A program made the translations under genes and the position numbers. The notes beneath the pieces were generated by a model. The model did no database searches. It saw only the letters and a program-made list of their open reading frames with translations, and was not told the DNA's origin. Shown piece after piece: positions 14,290 to 25,826 of a DNA stretch of 64,000 nucleotides. The stretch covers positions 296,685,765 through 296,749,764 of the forward strand of contig NC_133620.1 in NCBI RefSeq assembly GCF_048593235.1, given 5' to 3'. The number at the start of each line of letters is the position of its first letter. The first letter of the stretch is position 1. The DNA is from Sminthopsis crassicaudata. Taxonomy: Eukaryota.

Positions 14290-16623
14290 AGAAGATCTTC
14301 ATGGATCTCTGCATTCACCTTAATCCAGTATTTCTACCCATTTAATTTTTTTTATCTTTGTGGGACCATCTCTTTGAATATTTCTATTCTGCTTCGGTCT
14401 GTCTCTGTACCTGCATCGTGTGTCCTTATTGCTCAGATCCACAGAGATGAGGATTAGTCTAGTCCATCCTAATATGATAAAATTGTTTGTAAACTATACC
14501 TATTCCTTTGGAATAGACCATAGCAGGAGAAGGAGGAAGAAGAATAGACTTGGTGGGATGGTGGAAATAACTTTAAACTTAATATCAAAAGACAGGTTAA
14601 AATCCTGATTCTGTTACTTGTATGAGCTTGCACAAGTTGCTTTTCTTCTTTTTGTGCTACAAAAATTTAGAGTTTGAAGGGCTCTTAGAAGCTATATATC
14701 ACAACCTGTAGTTACAAACATTTTCTCTACAATATAGCTAAAATCAACTTTTGATCGAAAACTTTCGGTATCAAGGACTCCACTTCTTCCCAAGAAAATC
14801 ACTTTTGACTAGCTCTAATTGTTAGAACTTTTTTCTAACAATTAGGGGGTATTAAGCCTAAATCTTTGCAACCTCTACCCCTTGTTTTGATTTCTGTCCT
14901 ATGGGACTAAGCAGAATAAATAACAATCATCATCCATTTAAATAACTTGAAGATAGTTATCATGCAACTCTTCTCTCATGTCTTCTCACTAAATCTACCT
15001 TCTTCAATCAATCCTCACATGTCATGAATTTCAGATCTTTCAATTTACTTGTAACTGGATATTTTCCAACATCTCCTCCCCTCCCCAGCCCCCATTCCCA
15101 TGAAAACTGCCTCAGGCTCAGCAATATTCTGAGGGCTTCAAGAGTACTTTGGATCTTTAAGTCCAACTTTTATAAGAAATGGAAACTGAATCCCACAGAG
15201 GGTAAGGGATATAAAACTCATATCACTATATTTGTAGCTCAAAGCTAATTAGGGATTATTAGAACCAAAGCTCATTTTACAGATGAAGAAGATAAAAGTG
15301 ATTTGCCCAGAATCATGTAGTTAAGTCAGTGGCACAGGAAGGGATCATAGGATTTGGAGCCTGAAAATCATGCTATCCAATTCCCTTGTTTTGTAGATAA
15401 ACCTGAAGCTTCAAGACAGGAATTATTCAAGCAATTGAGTGGACACTACTCAAATATAGGCCCTCTGACTCCAAATCTAGAGTTCAGTATTACCTCTTCA
15501 GAAGGGAGAGAAGGAACGAATACTTGTGTGGTCATGATTTTGGAATGTAAGAATCTTGGGATTTCAGCATTTTACCTCCAAAATAAGGAGGGGGCATAAT
15601 GGTCTAGATGTTATCTAAGGGCCCTTTGAAGATTTAATTTCTATAATCATTTTATAGTATTTGAGGGGGGAGGGAATGTAGAAAAGATAAAGGGACTCAA
15701 GAAAAGAGTCCCTAGGACTTAGCATCGAAGAACATTTATAATTAGAAAGGTTAGTGGAAAGAGTCCATATTGAAAAGAGCATTAAAAAACGTGGGTTTCG
15801 ATCCTGTTCTGATTGTGACCTTAGCTAAACTACTTAATCTCCCTTAACCTGTTCCCTCATCCTCACATACTTCACAGTGTTGGTAGGATTAAATAAAACA
15901 ATGCAGGTAACATACTTTGCAAATCTTAAAGCATTACATAAATATCAGTTATTTTTCAGGAAAGGTGGCACAAAAAGAACAATAAAAGGTAGAAGAGGGA
16001 AAAACATGGGAGCTAGAAGTTGTGGTACAGAGGAGACTGTGTGATACAGTGGAAAGAATGTTGAATTTGGAGAGTATCTAAGAACTACCACTTCAAGCTT
16101 ATTAGCTATGTTGCCTTGGCCCAATTAATCTTCCTAGGGCTGATTTCTCATAAAATGAGGGATCTCTGAAATAGTTTCTGACGTCCCTTCTGGCTTTAGA
16201 TTTGTGGTTCTATGGCCAGTGTTACCAGGGAAAAGGACACAAGATGGGAGAGAAGTTTTTTGGCTATCAAATGTATCTATGTCCAAAACGTAAAGGGGTG
16301 AAAAGATGGAACAATGAGGATGATACTTTTTGCCTCTGAATTATATGCTCTTATAGAACTAGATGTCTGACTCCCTGAGAAATGCAAGGACAAAGGTTTG
16401 GGAAGGACTGGAACTGGTGTGTCACCCTGGGCTTTTGATAAAAACTGTCTGTAGGGGTCCCTGAGGCAAATTTCAATGGTAGGGAAAACCAAAAAATGTG
16501 ATAGCATGTCAGAGCCCCTAGAAAGATTGGAAAAGAGAACCTATGGGATATCTGGCTTAGGTGCCTGAGTACTAGGACTTTTCCCCCTTTCCCTCAAAGA
16601 CTCTGAGAGGAAGAAGCTAAGTC

Positions 16624-16629
16624 TTTATT
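16624..16629 (-). terminator. Candidate KCNAB3 poly(A) signal AATAAA
   Basis: tttatt on +, about 975 nt after the stop. Confidence 0.45.
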
Positions 16630-17603
16630 TTCCCTGGGAAGGCCCATTATTATTGCTTTAGGATTACTGTGAGGAGGTAAAGGTAGGCTTGCGACTGTTA
16701 ATAGCAAGCAGCACTTTCCATTTCTGAAAACCCATCACTTGGGGGCCATTCTATGAGAGTCCCACTCCTCAGTGTGAGTGTGAAAGGCTGCCATGTTTAC
16801 CATGTCAGTTTCCACCTGTGCCCAATCATCGTCACCCACTTCCTGCCCTATTCCATCTCCCAAGTCTGTAGGCCTGACTCCTGTGTACTCCCACAAGGCG
16901 ATGCATAATTTCACATCTGAGGGAGACCCACTCTGTTCCGGGAGGGACTGGCTTTCTCCATGACTTTTGACTGCTTCCTGTGAACAGCTCTTATGCTGTC
17001 TCAATGTGAAGGCACCACTACAGTCCAGTTTGGGCTCTCTGGAAAGTCAAGTGACCGCATTCGCTTCCCAGCACAAGGACTTGTCTATTTCCCCCCGAGT
17101 TCCCTTCTCTGGAAACCGTTCTATGTAGGCTTTTGTACGGCCAGCAGAACTCTTCCGGTATTGGGTGACGTCATGCAATCTTCATTATCTGTCGAAGGGT
17201 TCTCTCAAGGTCTCCGAGCAGTTTTGGGGGTGAGGGGCGGAGGAAAAGTGCAGGGCGGGAAGGAAAAGGGATATCCCTCCCTCCCCCAACTCATGCCCGG
17301 GAGAAGCTTATATGCCAGGAAGAGATGCCAAAGACTGGACGGGAGGATAGGGAGGTGGCGAACTACTTTCCTTTCCCAGCCATGCTGTGGCAGGATATGG
17401 CTTGTAAAATCATGCGTGTAGCTGGAATTCCTTGGTGGGCGGGATCCTCCCGCCGGAGCATGGAAAGCATCAGTTTGCCTTTGGGGCTGTCTGGCTGCTG
17501 TGTGAGCTGGAGCTGCTGCTGCTGGCGCGGGATAGGGAAGAGTGCAGTGCTGGCTGCTCCTGCGCCTGCTCCTGCGCCTGGCCGGAGTGGGTGGGGGATG
17601 TCA

Positions 17604-17681
17604 CTATTTTTTAGTGTGTGGTTTGTTTCCTAGGAGCCAGTCGATCTCCAACACCTTCTGCGGCGTCAGCTGGGCCAGAAC
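17604..17681 (-). CDS. KCNAB3: KCNAB3 exon 14
   Basis: [25 protein letters not shown]. Confidence 0.95.
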   Translation of the reverse strand, partial: VLAQLTPQKVLEIDWLLGNKPHTKK

Positions 17682-20600
17682 CTGGGAAAGAAGGGAAGGC
17701 GCTGGGAGTCAGGCCAGGGAAAATGAAGAGGAGGGAGTGGAGCTCAGGGCCGAGAGGAATAAGCAGAGACCCGGCAGCCCGCAACGTGAAATGTGTCTCA
17801 GCCCCTTCTCTTCCTCTCCCTTTCCCAGTTACCTGCAGGGCTCCTAGGTTTTCCATCAGCTGTTCTGTGTTGGACACCTCCAGCAGGACGGAGCTGACAG
17901 CCTCGCTACGGAGACACCAAGCTGGGATGAAATGGAGAGGGGCGGGGGAAGAGCGCCAAAGAGAGGAAGATTAAGGGCCTAGACATCCCCATCAATGGAG
18001 CCTTTCCTTGGGCACCTAAACATTTTCTGATTTAAGTCATCATATGCAGTAATCCAATATTAAATTTCAGAGTACTAACAAGTGGGTTTAGATGGAGGGA
18101 GGGGTATACGTAGCTACAAATCCTCCAGAAATCACGTTTGTTCCTCTCATCCTCGAACTATATAAACTAATATAGTTGAGGGCTCACGTGAAGGTCCTAG
18201 CTAGCCTTAGGAAGACTTAGATTAAAATCCTGTTTCTCGGCATCTCATGCAACTCACTACAATTAGAACTTTACAGACCAGGTACCCATCTACATAGGTG
18301 GAGAGTTTCCACATTAAAAGTTCTCTAAAAGAATGAAATCCAGCTTAACCAAAATAGAAAGTAGATAAAGCATTTCTTGTAAGGACCAAATGAGATCATT
18401 TGGGTAAAACTATTTTTAAATCTTAAAGTGGTATTTAAATTTAGCCATTATAATTACATAGATTTCCATGTTTCTTTCCTCCTCCCCCAATCCCAAACTA
18501 AATAAAATCCTCTGATAGATTTATGATAAATTGTTTGAAGGCAAGGAAAATACCATTTTTGTTTTTGTTTTTCTCCTCTCTCAACTATGATTTTGAGAAT
18601 TACATGAGGAAAATGTCTAGCACAGGCTAGTCTATTTTAGGTTATGGGTTGAGGGTTTGTAGGAAGAGAGACTCCTTTTATTGTTTTTGGTTTTGACAGC
18701 AATGTCTCTTCACCAATAGAAAGCTGAGCCACTGTGCAGCCTAGTTGATGAGCAATAGGGAGCAGGTCCATGACCTTGACTTGTTGCTTCTTGCCATCTT
18801 CACTCTGTACTTTGTCCTTGAGCCACTGGTAGCTCTGGAAGAGAAAGGGAGGTAAAGAGGGGAGGGGAGAGGAGAGAAGGAAGCTGAGAATAACCCACAG
18901 ACTCATCTTTTTCCTTCCCAAGTAGCTAAGGTAGCTGAAAATTCCCAAACCTTGCTCTCTTCAGGTGCCATGGAATGGAAGTCTTAAAAGTGTCTTACCT
19001 TGATGGTACCCCTGCAGGTCTCTGGGATTCTTCCTTCATTCTTGCTAGTAATGACACCACAGGCCAAAGGAGACCGAGTCACTGATCCAACACCTGAGTT
19101 CAGGAGGAAAAAAGATTATGGGAAAAAAGGATAGGGAAAGGATGTGGACCAATTTTAATGGCTGGCAGAAGGGAAGAATATTGAGAAGAACATATAGAAT
19201 AAAGAGATAATATGTGGGGAGGAAAAGGACCAGGGAAGCTGAGGCTAGAAATGTCAGGCAGGATAGGGAGAATAGTCTCTAACCTATCTTGTGGTAGAGC
19301 TCAGGCAGCTGTGTTTCCATCTTATCCCTTTGAAACAGGTGATACTCAGCTTGTTCACATGCAGGGGGAATCAGGTTGAATTGTCGTGCCACTGAGTAGG
19401 CCTCCTAGATTAGAAGTAGGCATCAGAATACCCCAAACCTTTTAGCTTTTCTCCATATCTCCCCTCAACCCAAGTACATGGTAAGCATGTATTCTGTGAA
19501 TTAGAAGTTGAAATGTTTTTAAGGAAATATATAGTGGGAAGGTACTTACCATGATTTCTGCAGCTCCCCAGCGTGATGTCCCCCAGTACAGTGCCAGTCC
19601 CTGATTAATGACAAAAGTCATGGCCCGGACAATCTCTGGATGTGTGAGGGTGATGAAATCCTGACAGTTAGATCACTAGGATTCAAGGCGTTCATTCTCC
19701 CAGATGGATAAACCCTCTTCTCTACAGCCATTTCCCTCTAAAAACCTAGGTATCTCTATGTGATGATGAAAGGTTAACCCCAGTTTTCCCCTACCCTCCT
19801 TTCCTTTGCCCTCTTCTGAAATCCCTGATGGGAGATATGGGAAACATGGGAGCACCTTGATGTCCCTGGGATTGGAAAATTCTAGGGTTTAGTATACTAG
19901 AGCTGGGGAGGTGATCCCTGGGTTTATGGACGTCTTGTAAGTTTAGGCATTCTTGGGGTTATTTTCACCCTCCATGGGACTGTTGGGGTCCGAGCGATTG
20001 GCGAAGACTATATCTACATATCCCAGTTGAAGCCGTTCCAAGGAGCCCCATAAGCCTGGGGGAGGAGGAAGAGAAGATAAGTGACCCAATTCCTTCAGAT
20101 ATGGCCCCCTATGTTCCAACTCCCTAATATTCTACCTCTTAAGTTCAGTTTGCATATTTCATCCACTCTGATATGACACCCTTTCCTCCACCCCAGCTTT
20201 TTAATTTGCTGATCTAATTCCTGCATTCTCATTATTTACCACCATCCCCCTCCCCCACAACATTCTTTAACCCCTTACCCACTCAACATTCCTAGTCCCT
20301 TACCCTCAATGATGTGTTTTCGGCTCAAGCCTTTTTCCGTCTCTGCCCTGTGGAAAAGTTGAGTTTACACTGGATGGTGCTAAAGATAGGTGGTAAGAAT
20401 TACAATTCGATCCCTACATCTCCTGATTAAGGACTTAGCTAGAGTGATAAGTATGATAAGTATTTGAAAAGGATAAGTAATAAGTATTTGGAAAGGACTA
20501 GCAAGTTCAAGAATCCTTTTTACAATGATAAATCAATCAACAGGCATTTTTATTAAGCACCTAGTATGTGGTAGGTGCTAGGGATATGGAAACAAAAATC

Positions 20601-23600
20601 AAACAGTCCCTTGCACTCAAAAGATTACATCTCAAAAGTCTCTGGTTGAAAATCTCAGGTGAAGGAAAATTCACTATCTCTAAAGGCAATTCATTTCATT
20701 TTTGAACAGTTCTCATTATTTAGCTTAAATTTGCGTTTGCAAATTTTATCATTGCTTCTTTTCCCTTCATTTGCAATAAAAAGAAGGTTTTCTTCATGAC
20801 AGCCTTTTCAAATATTTGGACAGCTATCATGTCTCCACTTCAAAATGTCATCCCTAGTGAAGGGTATGGGGAAAGGGAATACTCACTGCCCTCCCCAAAA
20901 GATTTTGGTGGTGATGATATAGCTGGATCTCCTTAAAAAGAAAAAAGGGAAGTGGGGGTAGGGTCAGCAGGAATAAGGTCAATGTGAACCTCCCCACCCA
21001 AATATCCTCTGCCTTGTACCCCAAATCCCAGCCTCACCTCCAACCCTTGCTCTTAAGGATATTGCCCAGAGTTCGTTCTGCCCTAGAAAAGGGGAAATAA
21101 CAGGGAGCAAGGGGCTCTCTCTTCTAGTGATAGCCCCCTACAACCTCTACTTCTTGTTCTAAGAGAGTTCAAAAAGCACTTATTATTCCCTAGGTCCTAT
21201 ATTACATTGAAAAGAACAAAGAACTTGTTCTAGGGAGTTATAGCTCTGTAGTCTGGTAAGAACAAAAATACAGATTTTTTTTTTTTTCCATTTGCCCTAA
21301 CCCATTCTTCCATTTACTTTGCAGTATTCTTTGACCATCTTATTTTGAATGCCTGTGAACTTAAGAATAATATACAACTCACATTTGCATGACACTTTAA
21401 AGGTGTACAATTGTTCCCCCCCCCTCGGCCAACATCCCTATAAAGTAGGCAGTGCAAGTATTATTCCTATTTTTCAAACAAGGAAACAGCTTTGGTGGTT
21501 AAAATGCTTTGACTAGGGTCATACAGCTAAGTAAGCATCTTACTTAATAGGTTTGAATCCTAGCTCCTCCTTTGTCTTCTGTCTTTGTAATCATTTAGAA
21601 ATTCATTGTCTTGTAACATTCCTTTTATTTTTGGTATTTACAATTTATAAATCTTGTTAACTAAATTTTTAGTCTCCAAAGTCTCCTTGTTGGCCTCACA
21701 TGTTGGTGCTCAATAAATATATATTATTTTTATTTTATTTTGCCTATATTTCCTGTTTGTTCACACTTAATATTTAAAGAGAAAATACTTTAGGGGTTTC
21801 AACATCCATATTTTGGAATCCCCTCTATGACCCAACATGATAGGAGAAGCAAACGTTCACTGGAGACAGAGATTACCTAAATCAAAGATGAGACACCCAC
21901 TTTTCCTTTCCACTCCCAATCTTCCCCTCACTAATTTAACTCATACCCTTCCCCTTTTCCCTGGTTCATACTTTCCTGCTGCATACACCTCAGCTGTGTC
22001 AAACAGATTTACTCCATGCTCATATGCCACAGTCATCAGATTCTCTGCTGTCTAGGAATGAGTATGTTGGGGTAGAGTTAATACTATTTACCTTTCCATT
22101 GGTTTTCTCACCTTTCTTAACCTTCCAAATCCCAAGAGACTTCTAAGTGCTTTGAGTCTTCAAATATAACACCATTATCCCATGCCTGCCCCCCATATCT
22201 TTTCCACCCTTTTCCCAATTTCCCCCCACCTTGTTTCTCATATCCCTTATAATCTCTTCTCTGACCCACCCTTCCACAATCCATCTATTTCCCCATCTAT
22301 TTCTCCCACCTTTCTTTCTCTATTCTCTATAACCCTCCCAGTATTCCCAACTATCTTTTGGTATCAGAAACATTTATACCTCATCTGAGATCTGAGACCC
22401 AAATGTGACCCAGGTACCTGCAGAAAGAAAATCCAGGGACATGGGGCTGTGAGAGACAAGGCATCTGAAAACCTTTACCCTTGCAGCCTCTTCATTCTTT
22501 CATTTCCCATTAGACTCACCAAGGCCAAGACAGGATACTCGAAGACCAGACTTTCCCAAATTCCTGTTGGATAAAAGAGAATCCAATAGAAGGATTTTCA
22601 CCTTCGGTTCCCCTTGAAGATCTAAATAATAAGCTTTCTGGCTCTTTGCTTCTCTGAATGTGTTTCTCCATCCCATATTCTATTCCCCCATTTCAAAACC
22701 CCAGGCAAATTCTACTCTGAGTGAAGCCCAGTGATATCAGTGTAGACTGTTCACATTCAAATATTTGTTGAATGAATGAATTCATCTTCCTTTGGCACCT
22801 ACTGTGCAATTTCTATTTTCTCTGCTATCAGTAAAATCTGCTACCTGATTTCTCTTGACTCATGTTTCTCTTCACAGTCATATTCATGGTTTTCCCTGTA
22901 TAGCAGCACATGATCAGTATTAGTTTGTGAGACTATCTTGAGTTGGGGAAGCCTGAAAAGACTGTTAATATGGAGGGGGAAAGGTAACAACAGGGTCCAG
23001 GGAGGGTGAGCTATCTCCAGAAAATTAATCAGCAAATTGAGGTTTTGGTTGGTGGAAAATAGAGACCCCTGGGATCCCCTAAATGCTTGTGAAAGGTGGA
23101 TATAAAGCTGATAAATGATTAATTCCCTTCAATCCCTTAGGCAGATAGTTGTCTGTCAGAAGGAATCTTTATTCAATCATCAAGATTGGTACAGCAAAGG
23201 GAACAGGAAACAAGGAAGCCCAGCCCCTTTTCTTATGGTTCTCCACCCCACTATTCGTATTGGCTAATGAAACTCCTTTTGAGACCCTTTTGAATCTTCT
23301 CCCCCCTTCCCCAAAAGTTTCAGTTATTTAACTCTCAGAGACTGAGAAACGATGGGAGTGGGGGGCAGGATGTGGTAAGATATCTGATTCCTTAGGTGAC
23401 TAAACCTTATCAGATTAATAACCTCACCACCCCATCCCAGAATAGGATACAATCCCTTTTGCAATATCAGAACAATGCTATTTACCAAGAAATCCATCTA
23501 TTTTTTTCTGCAGTGGAAGGGGGGAAGAGGGAAAGAGCTCGATGTTCTATGCCTATGGGGTGGGGTTGTGGGCTCCTAGCAGCATCTTATATACAGTATC

Positions 23601-24542
23601 AATTCCTTCTCACTACTCCTTCCAAAGTCCCTTTTGCTTTGCCCACAGTTCTGCATATCCCCTTGATACCTTGGGGACCCAAAGTTTTTTCCCCTTGACT
23701 GGGGTCATTTCATGCCTGAAAAAAAGTAGAGGATGATGAAGTTGGAGTCAGGAGGGTGGGAATTGTTGGTGAAAATGGGTCAAAACCATTACTGCTTTAA
23801 TGACAATAGGGAATTTAGCTAGCCCTCTGCCAAGTCTAGAGATGTAGCGGTTGGAACGCATGGGGGGGGGGGGGAAGAGGAACAGACCCAAAAGACACTT
23901 CCTAAGTAGCATGAGGAAATCTTAAATACCCTCTCAGCCCAACCTCAGGACACTTTTTTTTTGAGGTACTCATGCCTTAGGGATGAGAAGGAAGATACAA
24001 AAAGGTACACAGCGAACCCTAACAACTTACTCTGATTCTCAAAAGAGTCAGGAGGTGGAGATGGAGAACAACAGACAGCCAAGGAGAGAGAATGTGAAAA
24101 AGAGATGGAGATAGAGATGTAAGTAAGGAATTGGAATGTTGCTGATGAAATTTGAGGAGTCTAGGATAATGGAATGTAGGTCGCTTGGGAGGCATGGGGT
24201 GGTGGGGTTGCCGAAGCAAGGGGAGGCAGAGGCAGGGGCAGGGACCCGGCTAAAAAGGGGCTGTTCTGGCCCTCTCCTTCAGTACCTGTACTTCATGCTG
24301 GTGCCTCGGCCGGTGCTCTCTCGTAGGGGCCCCGAGTGGGTCACAGCTGCAGGACCCAGGGGTCGTGCGACTGGCACAGTCCGCGCCTTGGGGCCGTTTC
24401 CCCCTCCCCCTGAAGGATTTCCGTGACTGCTGGCCACTCCACTGCCGTTCCCGCCCCCAGGGACAGGTCGGGGTCCACACAGACGGTCCTCACTGCTCCT
24501 GCTGCGGAGGTTTTGCTCAGTGCAAGCGATGGACACCTGCAT
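17604..24542 (-). CDS. KCNAB3: Voltage-gated K+ channel beta-3 subunit (AKR6 family), 14 exons, 409 aa
   Basis: [25 protein letters not shown]...[17 protein letters not shown]...GNKPHTKK*. All introns GT-AG; 1230-nt CDS in frame; catalytic D/Y/K/N tetrad present. Confidence 0.97.
17833..17921 (-). CDS. KCNAB3: KCNAB3 exon 13
   Basis: [30 protein letters not shown]. Confidence 0.95.
18714..18834 (-). CDS. KCNAB3: KCNAB3 exon 12
   Basis: [40 protein letters not shown]. Confidence 0.95.
18999..19093 (-). CDS. KCNAB3: KCNAB3 exon 11
   Basis: [32 protein letters not shown]. Confidence 0.95.
19284..19404 (-). CDS. KCNAB3: KCNAB3 exon 10
   Basis: [40 protein letters not shown]. Confidence 0.95.
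19550..19635 (-). CDS. KCNAB3: KCNAB3 exon 9
   Basis: [29 protein letters not shown]. Confidence 0.95.
19969..20055 (-). CDS. KCNAB3: KCNAB3 exon 8
   Basis: [29 protein letters not shown]. Confidence 0.95.
20304..20347 (-). CDS. KCNAB3: KCNAB3 exon 7
   Basis: [14 protein letters not shown]. Confidence 0.95.
20887..20931 (-). CDS. KCNAB3: KCNAB3 exon 6
   Basis: [15 protein letters not shown]. Confidence 0.95.
21038..21082 (-). CDS. KCNAB3: KCNAB3 exon 5
   Basis: [15 protein letters not shown]. Confidence 0.95.
21972..22051 (-). CDS. KCNAB3: KCNAB3 exon 4
   Basis: [27 protein letters not shown]. Confidence 0.95.
22380..22417 (-). CDS. KCNAB3: KCNAB3 exon 3
   Basis: [13 protein letters not shown]. 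Confidence 0.95.
22520..22563 (-). CDS. KCNAB3: KCNAB3 exon 2
   Basis: [14 protein letters not shown]. Confidence 0.95.
24286..24542 (-). CDS. KCNAB3: KCNAB3 exon 1 (inactivation ball N-terminus)
   Basis: [10 protein letters not shown]...GTSMKYR; donor gtactg. Confidence 0.95.
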
Positions 24543-25110
24543 TCCGGCTCAGGAGAGAAGGAAAACGGAATCCTCGAGAAATCGGGGTGATTTCAAGGGG
24601 AAGAGGGCAGAAAGGAAGGAGTAGGAACGAGGGGGTAAGAGAGGTATGATAAGACGTGGCCGAGGCTTGGGGTTAGCAGGGGTAGGGACAAACCAAAGGA
24701 GGCGAAGGTCCTCTAGATTCAATTTTCTGCGAAGACTAGGGGACGAGGAGGAAGCCAAGCAGACCGGAGACAGAGGGGTGACTGGAGCAGACCCAAGAAG
24801 GGGAACATGGGGGGCAGGATGAGAACAGAAGGGGCCCAGGAGTTAGGTTGGTAGAAGCAGATCCCGGGGACGGAGATCTGGGGATGCGTCTAGAAGTGGG
24901 GAGAATTGTTTTGGGGTGCCGGACAATTGGCACAGGAGCTAGAGGGGTTGGGGGCTCCGAAAAGATCCTCGGAGGACAAGGAACCCCAAGGAGGGAGATG
25001 GAGCGGTGTAGCTGCAGCAGCCCAAACCGCAATCCGAGGGGGGTTTGCATCCAGCCTGCAGCTGCTTAGGTCATCTGCATATCCCCCACCCCTCATCTGC
25101 ATAGCTTTAT

Positions 25111-25233
25111 CTCCACCTCCCCAGTCTGCACACAAGCTCCACCTCCCCAGTCTGCACACAAGCTCCACCTCCCCAGGCTGCACACAAGCTCCACCTCCCC
25201 AGGCTGCACACAAGCTCCGCCTCCCCAGGCTGC
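25111..25233. repeat. 26-bp minisatellite, about 4.7 copies (CTCCACCTCCCCAG[T/G]CTGCACACAAG)
   Basis: Units start at 25111, 25137, 25163, 25189 and 25215 (partial). Confidence 0.95.
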
Positions 25234-25449
25234 CGACAGGGGGCAGTAGAAGCCTAATCTGCATAACCCGGCCTCGTCGGTGGAGAGGGGAAAAAGGAGA
25301 CTCCGTCCTTCTTCCTCTGGAGGTCTGCTGCCACCCATCCAAGACCTGTGTTTATTACTGGCTCCGGAAATTCCACCTCTCCCTTTCAGTCTCCCAAAAC
25401 ACCCTCCCTTTAGCACAGACGCTCCCAGAGCCACTAGACAGCTGATAGT

Positions 25450-25455
25450 TTTATT
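25450..25455 (-). terminator. TRAPPC1 poly(A) signal AATAAA (candidate)
   Basis: tttatt on +, about 245 nt after the stop. Confidence 0.6.
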
Positions 25456-25697
25456 CTCCGTTCTCAATACAGTATCAAGAAAGGGGATTGATGGGAGGTA
25501 GGCATTGACTAGGTGGGATTACAGCATCAGAAGCAAAGGGCAACTGGAGCCGGAAGAGTCTGGAGGGGAATTCGGTGCTAAATTCTCTCGAGTAGCCAGC
25601 CACTTTGGAATGAGGCAGGGATTGGAAGGCTCCTCCGGTGACAAAAACAAACAGGAAGAACTATAACGAATACAGATGTTTCAGAAGAATGCTGTTC

Positions 25698-25826
25698 TCA
25701 GCCAGCCCGGGCAGAGAAGAAAGGAAGCGATCGAATGTAAGCGTCAAGCCGACTGCGAAAAAGTTCACTTTGTACAGTCTGACCCAGTGGGCACAGCGGA
25801 TTCTTCACCACCAACTCCACGTAAAG
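25698..25826 (-). CDS. TRAPPC1: TRAPPC1 coding exon 4
   Basis: ttcttccatag|CTT; 129 nt ending TGA. Confidence 0.95.
   Translation of the reverse strand, partial: LYVELVVKNPLCPLGQTVQSELFRSRLDAYIRSLPFFSARAG

Larger units (their letters stand above)
24240..25290 (-). promoter_or_regulatory. KCNAB3 CpG-rich 5' region/promoter
   Basis: CpG enrichment over exon 1 and upstream; TSS not determinable. Confidence 0.6.

Noticed and set aside
17604-24542. KCNAB3 as a pseudogene
   Set aside because: All 14 exons are in frame with canonical splice sites, no stops, and an intact catalytic tetrad
25111-25233. CRISPR-like array
   Set aside because: Head-to-tail repeats without spacers in a mammalian genome; a minisatellite
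21001-25300. REST/NRSE element at KCNAB3
   Set aside because: No match to TTCAGCACC-nn-GGACAG seen on either strand by eye
24906-25467. 124-179-aa ORFs over the KCNAB3 promoter
   Set aside because: Low-complexity products of a GC-rich region and the 26-bp repeat
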